From: Raillietiella orientalis
Lineage: Eukaryota
Assembly: GCA_036172245.1 (NCBI GenBank)
Contig: JAYWIR010000001.1
Coordinates: forward strand, 868,001 to 932,000
DNA: 64,000 bases
Direction: 5' to 3'
In this document: in pieces, positions 33,901 to 45,100 of the stretch
Layout: every line of letters starts with the position of its first letter
Position numbering within the stretch: the stretch's first letter is position 1
Translations under genes and position numbers: made by a program
Notes under the pieces: generated by a model
Seen by the model: only the letters and a program-made list of their open reading frames with translations
Databases searched by the model: none
Told to the model about the DNA's origin: nothing

Positions 33901-36748
33901 GTTTGGGAAAAGCAGACGGTGCTCCCAGGAGCCCGGAAGGTCGGCATAACGCCACTGGACGAGGTAGCGGACGGAGCTCCTCCTGTCGCCCGGCAACGGC
34001 TGCCATCGAATCGTGACGGAGGTGCTGGTGCGGGAGTGGGGAGGCAGGAAAGGAGGGCTGGGAGCGCCCAAGTTCCCTGAAAGAGCGGATCCACCGTTCT
34101 TTCCTTCCAGATTCCCCCGCGATGGGGCAAAGGGGGCCGTTACCTCGCAGAGCACTCAGGTAGGCGACCGTCGCGTGGAAACAGCCGACTTCGCAGTAAG
34201 CATCCTCTAGTGCTTCTGGAGGCTGAGAGAAGAGACCTGACTGAGCGGGAGGGGGTGGATCACGTGGCGCCTCGCGTCCCAACGCTCCCTATCCTTTCCC
34301 ATCCCTGTGTCCTTTCAGCTCCTCCACGCAGTCGGCGCAAGCGACGCCAATACTCACGCACAAGACGGAGCAGTTCGGCGATGGAATCCGCTTCGTCTCC
34401 AGGCAACCGCTCCGGCACTGGAAGGGAGAAGATTGACCGCTGCTGTTGCTGCCGTCCCAGAGCTTTCCAGCGAGCGCGCAAAGGTCTTCCCCCTCCATTC
34501 TCCCTCCCAGAGAAAGAGACGCAGAATGGTAGGGGAGAGGCAAAAGGGGAAGAGGAAGGAAGGGAAGAGGAAAGCAAGAGAAGAAAAGGAGGTTGGGAGG
34601 AGGAACCTGACGAAGGGAGGTGCACGAAGGTGGGAAAGAAGAAGAAAGGAGGAGGAAGGACGGAGGAGAGGAGGAGGATGAGGAGAAGCAGGAAAGGAGG
34701 AATGGAAGACGAGGAAGAGAAGGAAGGAGAAGGAGGAGTAAGAAGGAAGGAGGACAAGGAGGAAGACTCCGAAGTAGCACTGCCCTGGGCAGGAGGAGCA
34801 GGAAAAAGAAGGGAGGAGCAAAAGAAGGAAAGAAAGGAAAGGAGAGAAGATAGGAGAATCGCACTTCCTGGAAGGGGCTGCCCCCCACCGGTTCTACCGG
34901 GAGCGGTACTGTTAGCTCCGACCCCTTCCCTTCCTTGCCTTTTGGGCGACCTCGCCCAGGCAAGCAGAGGCTCTTCCCTTCACTTCGTTCTTTGGTGCAC
35001 CTACCGGTAACCCCAGACGAAAGGTGCCCCCTGCCAAGGGCAGGGCCACCGCGAAGTCTCGTTGGTCTCCCCCACCCCTCTCCCTCCGAGTGCAGGATCA
35101 AGGAAGGGGGAGACGCACATCGGGTCTCTCCCCTTTCCTCCTCGCTTCCCCTGCTCCGCCGGGAGCGCGCCCGCCCCACCCTGCGGTCTCTGCGCGCCGA
35201 CGCGCCCGCGGGGGAGGGAGGGCTAGCGGAACGGATCGCCCGCACCGCGACGGGAAGTCCGCGTCCGGCGGTTGCGCGGCAACTGCGCGGCGAGAGGTCC
35301 TCCTTCCGCCCCTCCGCGGCTGTCGCGCGGAACGGGACTCTCCGGGACGCGGCCTGGGGAGAAGGGGAAGGAGGGGGGAGCGCTTCCGGTCGCCCCTGAA
35401 GCGAAGAGGCGAGGGGTCTGCCCCTTGTCGCTTCCACCTCCCGGGGATGAGTGTCCATCCCGGAGGATTGGGATGCTCAGAGGGGACAGTGAGCCTCAGC
35501 TCCCCAGGGGGACGCCCCTCTCCTACCTCCCGGGTGATCTCTGTGACAACCCTCGGTCTCTTCCTTTCCGAAGGCGATGAAGGGGCCACTGACCACCCGA
35601 ATGCATGACCCTCGCGCCCCTCGAGAATCCCGTACGCTCCTCTTTGCCCTCCTCTTTGAAAGGCGCCGTGCGGCTTCCTACCGACAGCGGGACCGGGAAG
35701 AAGGAATGGCCTCTTCCTGGTCCGGTATCTCCAGATCCGACCCGTCCAAAGTGCGAGGAGGGTCCCCTCCTTGCTGGTGGGTTCGTGGGTCTCCCGGTGG
35801 TGGAGGAGCAGATGCCCCTGGAAGCGTTGGAGAGGTCGTCGCGATGGCCTCCCTCGCTACTTCCGAAAATGGGTGGGGGGAGGGTCTCCTGCCCCTCACG
35901 CGACAAGAAGATAGGTCGGGGCACAGGGGAAGAGGAGGAAGATGAACCCTTTCGCAGGCGGAAGGGCGGCTGGAAGGGCTGCCTAAGCCCCTCGGGACTC
36001 AGAGTCCCGAGTGGCTTAGACTCCCTCGCCCTTTCCTCGGGCCGAAAGGATGGAGGCTCGAGGGATCCCAAGGTTCACGGTGACCCGCCCGTCCAGGTGA
36101 CCGTGGCTTCCGCGAAGCAGCCCGGCGGCATTCCGAGACCTCGGAGGACGGGCAGACGATGGGGGCGGGAAAGGTGGGAAGCAGGAACGAGAAAAAGGCC
36201 AGAGACATGGGTGGCCGCGAGATGGGGTCGTTCAGGTGACCGCGGCCTCCACGAAGCAGCCCGGAGTCATTCCGAGAACTCGGAGAACGGGCAGAGTGGA
36301 GGCGGAGTCATCCCTTCAGGGGGGGTAAGATGGGCGAGGAAGGGGAGGAGAGGCGAGAAGGAAGGTCATAGTCACGGGAAGCTTCGAGATGGGCCGACCT
36401 CCCCCCATTCAGACTCCTCCCCGGATGAGATCAACAGACGCCCCCGGCGGCTCGCCGCAGCAGCAGCCGCGTCTCCCGAGTGACCAGCGAGGGTGGGGAT
36501 GGAGGTTAGAGGGACCGTCCCCCTTCACCCCTTTCCCACCCAATTCCGCTTACCTGTGAGCACAGTTCGGAGCATCCGGCGCTGGACCGCGTCTCCGAGG
36601 AAGGGGAGGGTCTCTCGCTGCCGCCCCGGGCGAACTGGGGGCGGAGCGAGGGCGGCAGCGCCAGCAGCAGCAGGAGCACAAGCAGAGGAAGGTTCCCTCG
36701 GACGGGGAGAAGGCCCCCCCCCTCAGGGTCCCGGAGGGGCTGTGGCAT
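6931..36748 (-). CDS. sev: Sevenless/ROS1-family receptor tyrosine kinase, 36 coding exons, about 2355 aa (signal peptide, Cys-rich N-terminus, FN3 repeats, YWTD-like propellers, TM helix, kinase, Tyr-rich tail)
   Basis: Hand-spliced GT-AG exons: 36554-36748, 34358-34417, 34144-34222, 33841-34076, 33558-33794, 33341-33488, 33040-33165, 30779-31073, 30553-30726, 30179-30501, 28990-29294, 28540-28746, 28304-28493, 28077-28247, 25782-25940, 24089-24453, 23861-24025, 23653-23766, 20905-21060, 20650-20852, 18943-19026, 18720-18880, 18446-18631, 18156-18376, 17927-18086, 16646-16878, 16317-16468, 15490-15698, 10786-10953, 10513-10734, 10142-10437, 9879-10070, 9016-9254, 8762-8953, 8563-8708, 6931-7229. 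Phases are consistent and total 7068 nt. Motifs: LLVLLLLLA signal, [12 protein letters not shown] (FN3), LSVDW/LYWVT (propeller), [43 protein letters not shown] (Sevenless-type), [22 protein letters not shown] small extra exon between exons 1 and 2 cannot be excluded. Confidence 0.95.
7755..8350 (-). mobile_element. Dispersed repeat module, copy 2, inside the last intron of the sev-like gene
   Basis: Clear nucleotide similarity to 3940-4500 and 48030-48640; lies within intron 7230-8562. Confidence 0.7.
8563..10437 (-). CDS. sev: Juxtamembrane and tyrosine kinase exons of the sev/ROS1-like gene
   Basis: Five exons (10142-10437, 9879-10070, 9016-9254, 8762-8953, 8563-8708) encode [39 protein letters not shown] and RPSF, separated by GT-AG introns. 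Confidence 0.97.
9590..9668 (+). mobile_element. tRNA-derived SINE head in a sev intron
   Basis: A-box TGGCTCAGTGG (9594-9604), B-box GTTCGAATCCC (9640-9650), then TGGAAAATT as in the 2.7 kb copy. Confidence 0.5.
14115..14395. repeat. Polypyrimidine/polypurine low-complexity tract
   Basis: Almost only C/T on the plus strand (TCC/CTT/CCTT units); intronic. Confidence 0.85.
15755..16262. repeat. Polypyrimidine/polypurine low-complexity tract
   Basis: About 500 bp C/T-rich on plus; fills most of intron 15699-16316. Confidence 0.9.
19052..19250. repeat. 23-bp minisatellite, about 8 degenerate units
   Basis: AACAATGGGAAGAGCCCTTAGGC / AACAATGGAAGGAAACCGCACCC / AACAATGGGAAGAACCCGTAGGC / AACAATGGAAAGGTCCCGCAAGC and flanking decayed units. 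Confidence 0.85.
25530..25700. repeat. Polypurine low-complexity tract
   Basis: GGA/GAA-rich on plus; intronic. Confidence 0.85.
27495..27655. repeat. Polypyrimidine low-complexity tract
   Basis: C/T-rich on plus; intronic. Confidence 0.8.
29651..29835. repeat. Polypyrimidine low-complexity tract
   Basis: C/T-rich on plus; intronic. Confidence 0.85.
32641..32890. repeat. Polypurine low-complexity tract
   Basis: G/A-rich on plus; intronic. Confidence 0.85.
34530..34857. repeat. Polypurine low-complexity tract
   Basis: G/A-rich on plus; in the first coding intron. Confidence 0.8.
36091..36295. repeat. 66-bp imperfect direct repeat, two copies 139 bp apart
   Basis: 36091-36156 versus 36230-36295, ungapped, 8 mismatches by eye; each contains TCCGAG-NN-CTCGGA. 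Confidence 0.85.
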
Positions 36749-37861
36749 ATCTCTCGCTCGATCTCCGCTCTCGCGCAGCTTCCGCAGCTTCCCGCGTGCG
36801 CGGTGGATGCAGAGCTCCCTGCTCTCGCCGCGAGCGCTGGGATGGGACTGCCACCCGCCCGGCCGCTCCCGCCCCCGCCGCCTTGGAAACGGACGAGCGC
36901 CTCGGGCGACCCGCTGCCGGGCTAGCGCCGGGGCGCCTCCTATCGGCCTGAGGGGGAAAAATGGGAGGGGGGCAGGGAGAGGCCATCTCCTCCTCCCTGC
37001 CCCTTCCCTTCTCTCCTCGTCGGCCACAAGAGACCCCCCTCCCATTCGCCCACCCCCGGCTACCCCATGCGCGCGTCCCCGTCATCCGCGACCGGAAGGG
37101 ACCCACCGGATGCGGGCGGGACCGCTCCTTCCCGTTTCCTCCCGCCACGTTCGCTCGCGACCAATTGAGAAGAAGGGGGGAAGGAGGCACGCCGGCGCGT
37201 GCGCGCACGTGCGCTCCAGGGTCGCGACCCCTCCCCCTCCTCCCACCGGAGCCACCAAGGGCGGGTCTGGGTGGCGACCCCGGGGAAGCGCACCGACCCG
37301 CTCTCCGGCGGGAAGCGGAGGCGAAAAAATCGGTCGGACCCTCTCGCCCCTCCCGAGGGAGGGAAGGGCGGGCAGGCGTCCCGAGCGCGAGCAAGGGAGC
37401 GGCCGCTTACCAGCCGAGGCACCCGACACCCCGAGGGCAGGCGGACCTTCACGCACGGCGTCGCGTTCCCACAGTCTGCCGCCTGGGGCGCGCGCGCACC
37501 TGACGGAGTTCCCACAGGTCGGCCCGGGAGCCGCGGGAAGCCCCGGCGGCTTCTCTCCCCATCCCTCCTCCTCCCCTCCTCCCCCTTCTTCCTCGAGAGG
37601 GCTCAGAGCCGCCTCGCAGAGGAGCGCTGCCCCCGGCTCGACGCTCCTGGGAGGACCGCCCTCTCTCGGAAAGAAAGAGAGAAAAAAAAAGTTCTCTTCC
37701 GCCCCGGAGATACGGGACGCTCCCGTCATCCCCCTTCCCCCCCCTGCGGGCGCGCACCGTTTGGGACCAGACGAAAGGAGGGGGAGGGATGGGAGAAACC
37801 GGGAAGACGGAGGGAGGTGTTTTATTCGCAGCCGCGCCCCAGGCGGGGAGAGGGATTTATA
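36749..37861 (-). promoter_or_regulatory. Putative TATA box and 5' UTR exons of the sev-like gene
   Basis: Minus-strand TATAAAT at 37855-37861 in otherwise very GC-rich DNA; donor CTG|GTAAGC at 37410; acceptor TTTTTCCCCCTCAG near 36948, upstream of the ATG at 36748. Inference only. Confidence 0.4.
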
Positions 37862-38459
37862 GGGTCGTTCTGATGGGAGGCGCGCGTCCCGGCATCATCC
37901 GGCGAACCCGTTTTTCCGGGACGCTCCCGCCGTCCCCTTCGAAAGCGGCCGGAGCGACTTCCCGCCACTCGCGCGGGGACCAATCGGGACGCGAGCGCTT
38001 CCGAACGCGAAGGCAGGAAGGCGAGCGCGGCGGGTGTTGAGGAGGGACGGCGGTCCGGGTCGGGGGAAAGAGGGAGAAGGTAGCGGGAGAGACCAGACGT
38101 CCCTTGGAGAAGTCGCGAAACGCGCAAGGAGGCCCCTCGGTCTCTGGGACTATACGTCCGGACGGATGCGGCGGATGCGCGGGAAGAGGAGGGGGAGAGA
38201 GTGAGGGAGGGAAGGGGCGGAAACTCGGACATCCAGGAAATGCCACTCCCTCGAGGGAGCCCGTCGCCAGGTGCTCTCCCTCCACAGGGCAACGTGAGTT
38301 CCTTCCGGTGGCCCCAGGATGGGTGGAAGGGTTCCGCGCGGCCGGAGGGGGAGAGCAGCAGCGTCGAAGATCCCTCGCGAAAATCCCGCGAGCGCAACCG
38401 CAACCAGGGAGCGCGCAGGACTTCGGAGAACCCGAAGTCCCCCTGGAGTGAGCACTCGG

Positions 38460-38628
38460 TGGTCTTCCTCCCCTCCTCCTTCTCCTTCTCTTCCCTTCAT
38501 CCCTTTCCCCTTCTCTTCCTCCTCCACCTTTGGTCCTTGTTTTCCCTTTCTTTTCTCATTCTTCCTCCTCCTTCCTTCCTCCAGTTCCTCCTCCTCTTTC
38601 TCTTTCCTTCCTGCTCCTCCTCCTCCCG
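38460..38628. repeat. Polypyrimidine low-complexity tract
   Basis: C/T-rich on plus; upstream of the sev-like gene. Confidence 0.8.
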
Positions 38629-39119
38629 TTGACCCACGCAAGCTGCGGCAACCTGCGAAGCAATCTGCACCCTCTCTGGAAACACACCTCGCCAGAAGCC
38701 CACAGCGGCTGGACGTGACCTCAAGGTGAGCTCCGGGGGGCATCAAAGACTGCAAGTGGCCGCTGTTCGTCTGCCGATGGCGTTCGACGGGATCTTCTTC
38801 GGACCATTCGAAACCCCCTCCCGAGGATGGAACTCTCTTCAGGAGGCCGCACTGCCGCGTCAAGCAGCGCGAGGGGAGCGTCCGTCCCTCTCCTGCGCTC
38901 CGCCTTCCTCCTCGAAGCTGCGCGCGGCACCCCCTCTCTAGTGCCTTCACGGACTGGAACCGCCCTCATCTCCGAAAAGTCACGTGGCGGCGGCGGCCGC
39001 TACTGGCACGGGAGAGCCTTATCCTTCCTGGCCTTCTTCCTCCCGTTCTTCCTCGTCGTCATCTCCGACTTCTTCCCCTCCTCCGCATTCCCGAATCGAA
39101 CTGCAGCCGCTTCCAGTTG

Positions 39120-40200
39120 CAGGTTCGCGGAGCTCCCTCAGAAGTCTGACACGCTTTTTAGTGGTGCCAGATGCGCGGAGCGCGCAGCACGGTTCTTCCA
39201 TCGCGACCCGTTGTTAGGTGAACCCCCCTTGTGCGACTCGGCCGCTGCCAGGCTCCCGGCGGCCGATCGAGTAATTCGGTCAAAGCCAAACTCCACGGAC
39301 AGGGAGCATCGTCGTACGATACGCGCGCACCTGCGTTGCCATGACGACCCCACGCGCAGCTGAGGCCGAAGCTTGTAGCGTGAGGATCCGCACTTTTCGG
39401 GGGGGTGTCCGAAGGGCAGGAGTAAGTTGACGACTGGTTGGACCATGGGGCGGCTGGCGGATGCTGCGACACCAGTTTTCCTTCCACGTGGAGCTGTGCG
39501 CTAGGGAGAGCAGCTGGGAATCCTTCGGGAAGACCTGAAGTGGCCCCAGGTGTTAGCGGACGGCAGCACCCCCTGCACCTGAAGTGGAAGGAGTCGGCAC
39601 TTCCGCTGCTGTGCTGGAGTCTTCCATGCAAATCCCAGCGACATCGCTGGACCCGGGGGGTGGGGGTGAGCTCGGACTGCTGCAGGTGCGGGGAACGAGA
39701 GTCCCTCCCGCACCTGCTCGTGGACTGCGTTGCTCTCCGGCCACTGTGGGAACGTTTTGTGGCTACCCTACGGAACCCGGTTGGCAAGCCCCCAGGGACG
39801 TTTTGGAGGTCCTCTTCACGCTGGACGCCCTACCGCCAGCCGCATCCCCAGCAGCTCTTTTCTGCATCCGCGGGATTGTGGCAGCCTGGAGCGATGCACA
39901 AGCATCACCGAACGGAAGGCACGCCGTCGACTTCGCTTGCTGCGGGTAGCAGCCAGATGGCTCTAAGGGACCGACCTAGACGGCATCCTGGAATGGATGC
40001 AGAGGACTCCCTCCAGCGGGCGGTTATCCCTTCCCGGCCCTCCACAGTGTTTTTATTTTGTTTTTTTGTTTCCCCCCTCCCCTCCGTTGCCTAGGGGAGC
40101 CCTGTCGGGTGCCGGCAGCCTGGCAGGTTTCTTGTAGATCGGGTCATGGTGGAACTGCGTGTCCCACCACAAGCTGTGAGTTTATTGTTGCCTCCAGCGT
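39120..40200 (+). mobile_element. L1/Tx1-like retrotransposon 3' portion with zf-RVT-type CCHC motif
   Basis: ORF 39438-40094 contains KWKESALPLLCWSLPC...DCCRCGERESLPHLLVDC..LRPLW, the C-x2-C...E-x3-H-x4-C knuckle typical of non-LTR ORF2 C-termini. Stops and frameshifts elsewhere. The 5' boundary is approximate. Confidence 0.8.
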
Positions 40201-41299
40201 GTTCTGATGGCGACCCCTGATCGTCTGGTCCAGATGAAATCGCGGGATGGAAAACGATGGGGAGCACGCGACCAAGGAACCCGGGCTCGTAGGGAAGAAC
40301 TCCGAGCAGCTTAAACGAGAGCGCTCTCTTTGCACGGCTTTGGAAACCGTTTCCACCTCCCCCCCACTTTAAGCCCTCCCTTCCGGCAACCTCCTTGCGT
40401 TTCGACTCCAGCCTCGAACCTACCGGAAGCGACACGCGAGCTGGCCCCCCATCCCTCGTCGACTAGTCCTCGACATTCGCAGCGCTTTCGTCACCCCCGC
40501 CCCACAGCGAAACGAACCGAGCGAATCCCGAACTTTGCTTTGGGGACCGGGTCGTGGTCAGGTTGCGTCGCGAGACGCTCTTGTCACGGGAACCTCCGAT
40601 ACGTGTTCCAGACGCACGTGTGGGTCGGACGGAGATGAGTGACACCCTGATTTGAAGGGAAGAGACTGAGCGGTTCTTCGGGGGAAAGTTGAGTTTCCCT
40701 CCGATGCTGCTTGCAGATCCTGAGGGAAAGGGACGACAAGGCGCCGCGACTCACAAACAGTCCTCCTTGGATGCCGCCCGTGTGCGGGCTCCCCCCCCGT
40801 TCACATGACCTGCACCGGTTATTACCCCCCTTCATCCTCTGCCGAGAGCGTGGGGCTCCGAGAATTCTGGCCAAGGTGTCACGCAAAGAAAGGCACGAAG
40901 TGGTAACAAAAGCCTCTTTTGGAATTCCAATCGAAACACATTCATAATTTGCGCCGAGAACGGCAGTCCACGCCCACGCATCTACATCAGCCTGAGTTAT
41001 TCGCTTTCATGTTTCTCTTTTCTTGAAATCGTCATTAAAGGAACGGGAAAAAGAAGAAAAAGGAAGAAAGAAGGGAAAAAAAAGGTAATTTTTTTTTTAT
41101 TCGCTTCTCGAGGACTTTCCGCAGTAAAAAAGAAAGGAAGGAAGGAAGGAACGCAAATTCCAACTTTCAGCTGCATCCCTCCACATCTTGGACCAGGAAA
41201 CACGGGCCGGAAGCGGCGAACGCGGTCCGTGACGTCGCAGGCGGCACACGACGCAAATGTCTTTGAGGCTGCGGCAGAGCCCGAAAGAGGGGACTCCGA

Positions 41300-42150
41300 T
41301 CGCGTCAAGCGAAAGCTCTCACGTTGACGGGCGAGGCAACCCGACGAAAAACACACTTCTGCCGAGTAAACACCGTGCATGCGTACGCTGCGAGCGAGGA
41401 GAGATGCTACGCAACGGGTGTCTCGCTGCAAAGTGTTGCTTGCTGTGCGCCGGGGACGGAAAGCCCGCCCGTGGCCCTGCAGCGAGTGTTACGGAAGCCT
41501 CGATGGCCACGGTTTCCTGACCTCGTGGCCTCCTGACCACGCCAAACTTCTCTGCAGACATCACACCCATCGACCACGAGCCCCGCTGCGCCCGAAGCGT
41601 GTCCAGAAGCTCGAAAGGCACCGATCGCTGATCCTGGAACGATTCCCGAGGCGGTCGGCCGGAAGAATTCAGGGATTCGCACGGGGGACGGCGCTTTCCC
41701 GGCTATTTATAGGGAAGCCGATTTCGCCATCCAATGGAAAACGACCTTTTCGACAATGTAACTGATGGATTGTTCGCTTCTTATTGTTCGGCAACAATGG
41801 AGGGCGGTTAAAATGAGAACGCACGCGGGTTTCGAAAGAAGGTGCGCTTCGTGAGAAGCTGTTGCAATGCATTGTGGGAAAATTTCCTCTGGGAAGCAAT
41901 CCTGCCACACGCAACGGATCGCTTAATTGGTGCGATGGCGTACGTGCCGCGCCGGCCTGAGTGTTGGCGCCACTCAAACGCAGGCTCCTTGCGGAGTCTT
42001 TAGGTAGGAAAAACCGCTTTCCGGGAATTTTTTTTACCATTTGCTTGTTTTCCACATTCTGTAGCTGCCGGTGCACGTGGTGCAGTGCAGTTTCAGGCAT
42101 AGAGTCTAGCGCTCACTTTGTCATCCCTACTGCCGGGATGCTGGATCAGG
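41300..42150 (-). mobile_element. Possible degenerate THAP/P-element-like DNA transposon remnant
   Basis: Frameshifted fragments AATEC, KIPGKRFFLPKDSAR, WQDCFPEEIF and LLSKPACVLI follow THAP domain order; downstream CDVCRE and LLARSVRMH resemble P-transposase C-termini. Weak similarity judged by eye. Confidence 0.3.
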
Positions 42151-45100
42151 CGGGGTTTTTCGAAAGCTGCTAAAGTAGGCCGCACCCTGATTTTCGAAAA
42201 TGGCAAACCTGGGGAGCTCCAAGTTGGGAGCGGTGGGCCGTGGCTTCCTCTCGAGGAGCAGCTTGCCGGCACGGAGCAACCGAGTTCCAAGAGAACTGCA
42301 GACAAAATCTGCAGCTTTCCCTTTCAGGAGAACGAGAGGGAAAGAACGCGTTCGGTGTTTCATTTTTCGATGGCCGGCGTGCGTTAAAAGGTGGCCGAGG
42401 CAGAACAGGTGGCCGTCTTCATTAGGCTTCGGAAACCTTCAGATTTCGTACGCAGCTGCAAGCGAAGAGAATTCGCACTGCCGCTCGCTTGGGTTAGAAA
42501 AGAATCTGCACGAGCGTTGACAACGACGACGTGTGTTTTCGATGGTGGTCTCTTGGCGAGCCAAGCACTCCGAGGTACACGCTCTCGCCGTTACGGGCTG
42601 TGGAGAGTTGTCCGCAAAAGTAGGCACGTCATCGCACAATTTTGTTCGTTCAAGTGGGCCACCAGTGATTTTCAGAAAGCGAAAACAACACTCCAGTGTC
42701 CTGCCATCAGTGGCCTGTGGTTCCACTTGCTTACGTAAACACTTCAGTGTTTTTTTTTTTTTTTTTTTGGGGGGGGGGGGGTCTAATGTAAGGAATACCA
42801 AAGAAGGTCACATCAATCTATCAGCTATCGTAGTTCCAATACAGCCTTGCTGGTGCAGCAGCAGAAACTTGCCGAGGTGGGCCGACGTGACACTTTCTCT
42901 GTCTACAAGAGAGTATCAGAGGAAGTTGCAGTGAGGAGAGCGGGCTTCCATGGTCAATAGAGTCCTTGAGCTTGAGGTGCTCTGGCCTCCGGAAATGCTG
43001 AGCCGAAAAAAACAAACGCACAAACAAACAAAACTGAAACCACTCTCCCCTCTCCCTGAAGAACGCTCCCGATGGATTTTGCTGGACGTGGCCATCCCGA
43101 AACCTTTCTTTACTATCGCTTCTCGTTCGCCAGACCTCTTTTTCCCAGACTTTTAAGGCGGAAGACCTAATTCAGGTCTCGTCACGACGTTCACGCGATT
43201 TTGTTTCATGATCGGTAGAGTTCTCATCTCAACCTCAGGGAAAATCAGACGGCAGGCTTTTCTTTCTTTTCTTTCTTTCTTTTTTTTTTTTTTAGCTCTC
43301 TCCTCGCAGTCTGCTGATTGCCCTTGTTTGGAGGCTCGGGATTTTTCTTTGCTCAGGAATATAAATAGACTTTCTTTTTTTCATTTAGCCTACGCGTAGG
43401 CTGAAGAAATGAGTTGGTGGTGATTCCCGCACAACCGGTGGCTTGCTGATGCTGCTTTTCAGGTCCTTCCGTAAACCTATTCCCAGTCTACGAAGGCAAA
43501 TTTGGGAATGGGAAGACCAGTGCCAACGATTATCTTTTTCAATGGCGTTCAACTGGAGCGCTGTAGGTCCCTCCTTTCCAGCAGCGGCGGCATTCTCACG
43601 GCCGAGTTTTCGTTGTCCCTGTTGTCCTTGCAGGAATGAAGAGGAAAAGGAAGAACAAAGAGAAGAAATAAACCCTCATCCTTCGTGTTTGTTGTTTCTT
43701 CACGGAGTTCTCTCCCCCCCCCCCCCCAAGTAATAATGATGATGATGAGCAGGAGGCTGAGAGCACGTTTTCCGCTCCATTCATTCTTACATGATGCATT
43801 TCAAAGATGGGGATTCAGCCTTAAAGAGGCACGTGAGAGACCACACTTGCACCTCTTGATCTTAAAGAGTGGTTGCTCTCTCTGATTGAGAATTTGCTTA
43901 ATCGGGAAGGAAAGAAAGTCGCCGATGGCCCACACACCTCGCCCGTGCCGTTTGCAAACAGCTTGAGGAACCACTCGAGTCCGCTCTTGCAGATTGGCCT
44001 TCTTTGCCCGTTCCTGTCTCCTGGATCCACCTCTGGCCGGAGCTCTCGGAATGGAATCCTTCCACTCCTTTCTCGCGGCTACCAGAGACGTTCCCCGCGG
44101 ACAGGAGTGCGCCGCACGCTTATCCACGCCGGCGGCTTCGGTTTCCCATGGATTCCGCTTCTTCCTACGTCCGGACGGATTCAGGCAAACGAGCGGACCT
44201 CGCCGCCGTGAGAAAAAGGGACGCGCTGCCCATTCCAAAGTGCAGCTGCAACGTTCGAGCAGGTCTCCTCCTCCCTTGTTTTCCCTTTCTCCTCCTCCCT
44301 CTTTTCTCCCTTCCTCCTCCCCCCTCCCTCCCTCCTCCTCCTCCTCCTCCATTCCTCCTTATCCTGCCTTGCTTCTTCCAATGCCGCTGACAAAACACCC
44401 GCAGGGGAGTGCGGCTTCCGGCATGACAGCCTTCCCTTCGTCCTGGCACATCGCTTCTGGATGAAACTTCGATCACCTCGCCGAATCGGTCGTTTTCTCG
44501 CGGCTGCCGACGCCCGGTGCCTCGGGGCAGCCCCTGCTCGATGCGGATGGTCAGCTCGTAGCTCCTCTACGCCGTGGTTGTCGTGTGGTTGTCGGCGCAT
44601 CCGCTGAGGACGTCGTCCGGCGACTCTTCCCATCTCCCGCTTCGTCCCTGGCGGGTGGGCGGACGGAAGCCCGACCGCTCCGCAAGGACGACTCTGCGAC
44701 CTGGGAACGAGGCTGTTCGCCGCTGAACGGGAAAACCCTCCTTCCTTCCTCCCCCCATCATCCGAGGAGCAGGGAGTGACCCTTCCCGTGATCCGGGTGG
44801 CCCATGACGGGAGGCGCCCATGTTGCACGGCACCGTGTGCAGCCTTGGGGAGATTCTCCCAAAGCCAAGCACCCGAACATGATCTCGGGGTTCATTTCGA
44901 CCCTGCCAACGCTCGCTCTCCTACCTCTCGAATCTTCCCATCTCTCCTCCAGGTTTCTTCCACCTCCCGTCGTTCTCTGTGATCACTCGCCACTATCGGC
45001 ATTCGGAGTCGAAGGGACTCCGAAGGACACTGCGACGACAGGGAAAATCGTACATCCCCGAGGGGTTGCCCCCCGTGTGACAGCGCTTGCGAGTCGGGGA

